Origin: Nannocystales bacterium
Lineage (GTDB): Bacteria > Myxococcota_A > Polyangia > Nannocystales > Nannocystaceae
Direction of reading: 5' to 3'
NCBI GenBank assembly: GCA_050633305.1
Contig: JBOEGF010000016.1
Span: forward strand, 134,059 to 184,088
Length of the DNA stretch: 50,030 bases
In this document: positions 45,612 through 50,030 of the stretch, one piece after another
Numbering within the stretch: position 1 is the first letter of the stretch
Layout: the number at the start of each line of letters is the position of its first letter
The notes under the pieces: generated by a model
What the model was told of the DNA's origin: nothing
What the model saw: only the letters and a program-made list of their open reading frames with translations
Databases searched by the model: none
Translations under genes and position numbers: made by a program

Positions 45612-46085
45612 TCACCGGTGCTTCTGCGGGATCCGCCGCTGGGGACAGTCGGGTGCGTCCGTGACCTCGAAAGCACCGCGCTTCACAAGGGCGATGAACG
45701 GCGCGCGGTACGTTACGACCGCCCTTAGCATCTTCTTCGCGTTGCCCGCCAGGATCTCTGCCATCTCGCTTCCGCGAAGGTTTCCGCGCGCAGCAAGGAA
45801 GAAACCTCGCAACTTCGCGTTGATGTACGCCGAGCGTTCGGCGTTGTCTCGACGGATTCGGTTGTCGCGAGTGATGACCGCGTGTCCTTCGGCGCCTGCC
45901 TGTGGCATCCAGTCCAGGTCTTTCACGCCGCCGCCAAACTCTCTCTCAACAGAGGATATCAACATGCCCGAGTCTTCGAGCGCCGTACGCACAACGGTGC
46001 ATGAGAGGCACTCGTCGAGCAGGAACGTCGTTGCCTCAGGCTGCGAACCTGAGCGCTTGCCTGATCTCGCCGCGCGTCCTGCCAT
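45612..46085 (-). CDS. PIN-like toxin (VapC45/Rv2019-like)
   Basis: FLLDECL, D.DWM, VITRD.RIR...ER motifs. Overlaps the antitoxin 3' end. Confidence 0.82.
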   Translation of the reverse strand: MAGRAARSGKRSGSQPEATTFLLDECLSCTVVRTALEDSGMLISSVEREFGGGVKDLDWMPQAGAEGHAVITRDNRIRRDNAERSAYINAKLRGFFLAARGNLRGSEMAEILAGNAKKMLRAVVTYRAPFIALVKRGAFEVTDAPDCPQRRIPQKHR

Positions 46086-46707
46086 AGTCTTTCGCGATCG
46101 CTGCCACGGTCTCACCGGCGTCGCGCCGTTCGGTGACGACGCGCAGCGGGATTCTGGTCCCGGTGATAACGGGCTGCCCGTAGCGGACCTCTGGGTCTAG
46201 GACGATCGCCCTTACGTCCTGGGGTCCGTCGTCCGGCGGGAAGGGGTAGATACGCCTCGGGATTCCGTCGGCCCAGTCGACTCGCTGGAGATGCTCTTCA
46301 ATCGCTCTTCGGATGACGACTTGTCCCGTCCCGGCATCGAGAGTGGACCGGATGTAGTTGACGAAAAGATCGGTCCCGTCGTGCATCATCTTCCCGCTCG
46401 CCAGCGGGCTCTCGATCTGGAGCGTGTCTCGCATGAAGCGGATGGCGCGGCGGATGACGCCGATCCGGATCTCTGGGCCTGTCCGTAGGGCGCGGAGAAC
46501 CTGAAGCTCCACCAGGTTCCGGAACGACAGAATCCCGTCTGCCGGCGTGATCAGGATCCTCTCGAAGTGTTGAGCACCGTCGCGAGTCCGGTAGCTGCGC
46601 CCGCGTACCCACGACCGGACGGTGGCGACGGGAATGCCGAGTCCTCGGGCCGCGTCGGCGACGCGATACCTCGGATCGTCCAGCGCGCTATGGAGCGATT
46701 CGTCCAC
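46036..46707 (-). CDS. DUF433-containing antitoxin (VapB45/Rv2018-like)
   Basis: N-terminal HTH Y..ADAARGLGIP..TVRSW, LSF.NLVE, C-terminal DPEVRYGQPVI.GTRIP...GET...IA.DY. Confidence 0.88.
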   Translation of the reverse strand: MDESLHSALDDPRYRVADAARGLGIPVATVRSWVRGRSYRTRDGAQHFERILITPADGILSFRNLVELQVLRALRTGPEIRIGVIRRAIRFMRDTLQIESPLASGKMMHDGTDLFVNYIRSTLDAGTGQVVIRRAIEEHLQRVDWADGIPRRIYPFPPDDGPQDVRAIVLDPEVRYGQPVITGTRIPLRVVTERRDAGETVAAIAKDYGRTRGEIRQALRFAA

Positions 46708-47051
46708 GGCGGGAGTAGATCACGGCAGATCCTGAGCTGCAAGGAAGGTGAAGGAGGTCGACACCAGCGGTCGCCCGGCCGAGGGGTAGAGCGCGTTGCG
46801 AGACGCGGTCCCACGGCAGAGAAATGCCGATCCGCGGGGCGGGACGGGGACCTGCCGTGCGTGCTGGAGTACCGGATTGCTTCAGATGCGCGGCGCGCGG
46901 ACAGTCCACCCCTGTCCCAGGTTTTCAGGTAGCCGCCGGAGAGATCCCCGTCTTTGCCGCTGTATTACCAACGAGTCATCGGAGGTTCCTCAGCAGTCCC
47001 TCGGCCCGGTCCCGGAGCAAGGGCCCTTCGCATTGTCGCGACGTTCGAGAT

Positions 47052-47357
47052 CTACCCCCGCTGGAGGCCAGGCGCGCGCTGGTGCCGTCGTTGGACCGCC
47101 TTGAGCTTGCGGGGTGGGCTCTCGGCTTCGGCAGCCGGCTCGTCCTCGGCGGGAGTGCTGGGCGCCTCTGGATCCTCGTCCGCACTCGCCGCGGATGCTG
47201 GGGATGTGGCTGTTGGCTCAGCAGACGGGTCGATTGGAGGCTCAGCCTCGCTCGATGGCGTGGTCGCCGGGTTAGGTGTGACCGGTGCACTCGATTGAGA
47301 AGGGACCGGGTGGTCAGGCGTGGAAGGCGGGCTGGGCTGGGTCGTGGTGTCGCTCAT
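47052..47357 (-). CDS. Small Pro/Ser/Thr/Glu-rich disordered protein
   Basis: ATG 44 bp after the upstream stop; low-complexity acidic body with a basic tail. Confidence 0.55.
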   Translation of the reverse strand: MSDTTTQPSPPSTPDHPVPSQSSAPVTPNPATTPSSEAEPPIDPSAEPTATSPASAASADEDPEAPSTPAEDEPAAEAESPPRKLKAVQRRHQRAPGLQRG

Positions 47358-47400
47358 GGGGATTGATCCGTGTTGAAGGGGGTTCGGGGAAGGTGGGAAG

Positions 47401-48024
47401 TCAGGTGGAGGTTTCAGGTCGTCGTAGCCTTGCAGCCTCGTGCACGCTGAATCTGACGACGTTGTCCAGGGAGCTAAGCGCCTGCGCTCTCCAGGCGGGA
47501 CTCGCCTCTCCGCGGAGTCGTTCGACGCAGCTGTAGAGCGCCCCGACGTAGGGGACTATCGGCGCGGCGAGGACGTAGACGACGGTCGCCTTGGTCGCAC
47601 CCAGCGCTGTGTCGATGGCGTCGCGGATGGCAGACCGCTTCGGACCCGGTTCCGTCCGTGCGCGCCGAGATGAGCGGACGGACGCGTGGACGATGTCGCC
47701 GAGCTCGAGGTTGTGCGCGAGGAGTGCGACGACGCTGTTGAATCGGGCGCCTCCCATCGCGCGCGCCACGTTCATGATGGTCTCCGGGTCTCGGCTGAGG
47801 TCGAGGACGAATCGCGTTGCAGCGCGGCGAAAGCCTGCCTCGTCCGAATAGGACAGGACGTGGTGGAGTTCTGCGAACCGGGCGCATCCGAGGGCTTCGT
47901 GGAGCCGGGTGTCGACCCCGTTGACTTGCTCGTCGAGCTTTGCGGCGGGCCGACACGGCGGGCGGTCTCGAGACTGTGGCTCGTCGTCTGGCGTCGAGTT
48001 CTCGGTGGGTTGTTCGTCGGTCAT
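47401..48024 (-). CDS. Hypothetical protein
   Basis: AGGA-type RBS before ATG, co-oriented in a three-gene run, one hydrophobic stretch near the C-terminus. Confidence 0.6.
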   Translation of the reverse strand: MTDEQPTENSTPDDEPQSRDRPPCRPAAKLDEQVNGVDTRLHEALGCARFAELHHVLSYSDEAGFRRAATRFVLDLSRDPETIMNVARAMGGARFNSVVALLAHNLELGDIVHASVRSSRRARTEPGPKRSAIRDAIDTALGATKATVVYVLAAPIVPYVGALYSCVERLRGEASPAWRAQALSSLDNVVRFSVHEAARLRRPETST

Positions 48025-48073
48025 TAGTTGTCCTGCAGCTGGGGGACGCGGGTGAGGGGTCGGTCCGACGACC

Positions 48074-49294
48074 CTAGTCGCGCATGATCCCGGATTCCTT
48101 CAGGAAGGCCTGAAGCCGGTCCATGCGAGGGCTGTCGTCGCCGTCGGCGAGCGCGACGTTCATCTTCGTGAAGAGCGTCATGAGCTGCATCTTCGGACGC
48201 GACGAGAAATCCTTGTAGGCGTCCTTGGCGAGCCGATCGAACTCGTCCTGGCTCGATTGCTCAGCCAGGCCCTTGAACCTAGACCAGTCGTCGCCAAGGC
48301 CGGCGGCGAGAGCATCGTGTCGTCCGTCGATGATCTCCGCGAGGACCCTTGAGCCTTCACAGAGGTGGGAACGGTCAGGAGGAGGAGGTTGCTGTGTTGC
48401 TTCGGAGGGGCTCACGTCGGGCTCAGGGGGTGGGGGGCTTTCGGTGCTTTGCTTGCGCCGGGATTCTTCCGCCTTGCGTTTCTCTTCGGCCTCTTTGGCG
48501 CGCTGGGTTTCGATGAGATGCTGGGCGTAGAGCTTGGCGGACTCGCCGATGTCGTCCATGGGCATCTGGTCGATCAGGTAGCGGAGCGTCTCGTTCGTCG
48601 ACTGGTTGCGGGCCTGTTTTCCAACCGCCTCGGCTTGCCTCACCGTGGCCTCAAGCTCCATCTCGGCCATGCGGGTCTTGTGTTGCATCTCCGCGTCGCT
48701 GGGGCGGATCTTGTCGGCGATGTTCCCGGTCATCTCAGAGATCGGGGTGATCATCTTGAAGAGCAAGCTGGCGGTCTCCATCGACTTCTTGTGCTCGTCC
48801 CCAGCGATCAGCCTCAACAGCTTGTTGCTCTCGACGAGAGACATGGATTCCGTCTCTTTGAGCGTCGGGTCGCGTTGGAGCGCGCCAATCTTGAACTTCT
48901 CGGAGAACAGCGTCTTGGGCTGTCCTTTGTCCGGGCTGTCATACCCGCTGACCTTCCAATCGACGGGCTTGTCGTAGTCCTTCTGGCCCTGGGCGCAGAC
49001 CTCGACGATCTCAGCCGCGAGAGCGTTGGCGACACTCTTGCGCTCGGATTCGCTGAGTTCTTCGTCGTGGGTGAGCGAGAACCCGCGGCCGAACTCCCGA
49101 TACTTGCCACCTCGGGAGTGGACTTCGATCTTCACGAACTCGAGCGCGGTGGCGGCCGACAGGATCCTACGGGCCAGAACCGTCGCTGGGTTCTGGACGA
49201 CGATGTCGTGCTCATCGGTGGGAACGAAGACCTGCTCGAACTGCACTTCAGGACCGTAGGGAGATCTTCCCGAGAATCCAATCGGTCGCGACAT
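48074..49294 (-). CDS. Hypothetical coiled-coil protein
   Basis: 406-aa ORF with a K/E/M-rich helical middle, Pro-rich linker and helical C-terminal domain. Confidence 0.75.
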   Translation of the reverse strand: MSRPIGFSGRSPYGPEVQFEQVFVPTDEHDIVVQNPATVLARRILSAATALEFVKIEVHSRGGKYREFGRGFSLTHDEELSESERKSVANALAAEIVEVCAQGQKDYDKPVDWKVSGYDSPDKGQPKTLFSEKFKIGALQRDPTLKETESMSLVESNKLLRLIAGDEHKKSMETASLLFKMITPISEMTGNIADKIRPSDAEMQHKTRMAEMELEATVRQAEAVGKQARNQSTNETLRYLIDQMPMDDIGESAKLYAQHLIETQRAKEAEEKRKAEESRRKQSTESPPPPEPDVSPSEATQQPPPPDRSHLCEGSRVLAEIIDGRHDALAAGLGDDWSRFKGLAEQSSQDEFDRLAKDAYKDFSSRPKMQLMTLFTKMNVALADGDDSPRMDRLQAFLKESGIMRD

Positions 49295-49325
49295 TCACTG
49301 CACGGCAAAGAGAAACGCCGAAACT

Positions 49326-49350
49326 GAAGCGCAAAGTGGTGATGCGCTTC
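49326..49350. promoter_or_regulatory. Operator-like inverted repeat
   Basis: GAAGCGCA-N9-TGCGCTTC in the divergent intergenic region. Confidence 0.45.
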
Positions 49351-49409
49351 GGTTGAGGTGCCGATTGTTCCAGATCTCTTGCCAAAGACCGGCCTCACTA
49401 TCCGATCTG

Positions 49410-49462
49410 GGTGAATCGAAAGTGAAATCGGGAGTGAAACGCGAAGTGAAAAGTGCAGTGAC
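49410..49462 (+). repeat. Phased (A)GTGAAA direct repeats
   Basis: GTGA cores at 49411, 49422, 49434, 49446, 49458 (spacing 11, 12, 12, 12). Confidence 0.75.
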
Positions 49463-49586
49463 GCGAGGAGAGATCCCGGGGATGACAAGGGGGTACCGAA
49501 CGCCGACCTGCCGGGCCTTGTCCCTTGCGCCCCAGGAAAGGCTCACACCAGACAGCAGGGGACACGAACGAAAGAACCCTCCACCC

Positions 49587-49982
49587 ATGTCGACCGTCCC
49601 CGCGAAACTCTTCAAGAACAAGACCCCGACCGAAGCCTCTGACATCGCGACCGCGAGAGTGAAGGCGGCGAAGAAGTCTTCGGCGAAGAAGATCGACGAG
49701 GCAGAAGCTGCGGTTGAGGCCGCGAAACAGGGCTCCAAGGGCCAGTCCTTCGCCCAGCTTGGAACGGCGGTGGCCATCGACGGCGGCATGGAGGCGCTCT
49801 TCGTACAGTCGAAGACGGCAGCCAAGTACGAGACCGCAGGCTCGGCCATCGTGGCTGTGGTCTCCGGTGGCGCCGCTCTGGCGTTCGACGGCTACGGCTC
49901 GAGCATCGCGCTTGGCGTGTGCCAGGCAACTGCGTCGCGGACGGCCCGGAAGCTCATCCGCATGGGCATGAGCGCCGCCTGA
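49587..49982 (+). CDS. Small protein with Lys/Ala-rich N-terminus and Gly/Ala-rich hydrophobic C-terminal helices
   Basis: 131-aa in-frame part of ORF 49353-49982 from ATG 49587. Confidence 0.7.
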   Translation: MSTVPAKLFKNKTPTEASDIATARVKAAKKSSAKKIDEAEAAVEAAKQGSKGQSFAQLGTAVAIDGGMEALFVQSKTAAKYETAGSAIVAVVSGGAALAFDGYGSSIALGVCQATASRTARKLIRMGMSAA

Positions 49983-50030
49983 GCCCCCGCTCGGCAGGAC
50001 GCAACCCACTAGGGGGTGTCCTCAATTCGA

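Larger units (their letters stand above)
44100..50030. mobile_element. Putative genomic island or provirus arm (right boundary outside the window)
   Basis: Orphan ORFs, TA pair, phased repeats, adjacent tRNA. No integrase, capsid or att repeat seen. Confidence 0.4.

Noticed and set aside
46900..47030. Hammerhead-like CUGAGGA...GAAA on the minus strand
   Set aside because: The stem that follows is closed by AAUA rather than GAAA, and stems I/III could not be built.
44041..49467. 11-bp direct repeat AGTGACGCGAG at 44041 and 49457 as island boundaries
   Set aside because: Short enough to arise by chance in 50 kb, and orphan genes continue beyond the second copy.

Overview
This is a GC-rich bacterial chromosomal segment. 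Its gene content points to Myxococcota, probably Nannocystaceae-like (inference): many Cys-rich lipoproteins with Ser/Thr stalks, vWA and choice-of-anchor L domains, a sigma54 activator and orphan chemosensory parts. It holds about 48 protein genes and one tRNA-Arg(UCG). 1-17 kb: secreted lipoproteins, an S41 peptidase, a hydrolase, an ABC transporter, and a five-gene membrane-protein/OmpR-type two-component operon with its own direct-repeat operator. 17-23 kb: a Tat-type solute-binding protein, a transmembrane CheA-like (class III-type) kinase and a porin. 24-31 kb: Crp, DUF971, thioesterases, TetR, roadblock-like, extensin-like and vWA genes. 31-44 kb: accessory-looking genes, including a sigma54 mini-regulon, a DyP peroxidase, an orphan with a mitochondrial-presequence-like N-terminus and 30-bp repeats, and an Aer2-like soluble chemoreceptor. 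44-50 kb: an orphan-rich island upstream of the tRNA, with a VapBC45-like toxin-antitoxin pair, periodic repeats and palindromes, running off the right edge. The best candidates for undescribed systems are: (i) a duplicated pairing of a single-domain CheY-like receiver with a ~75-aa His-less, DHp-like helical microprotein; (ii) the possible eukaryote-targeted effector; (iii) the binding protein/class III kinase/porin sensory unit; and (iv) the right-end element. All family assignments were made by eye from motifs; no searches were run. Start codons were often moved from the ORF track to the most plausible site.
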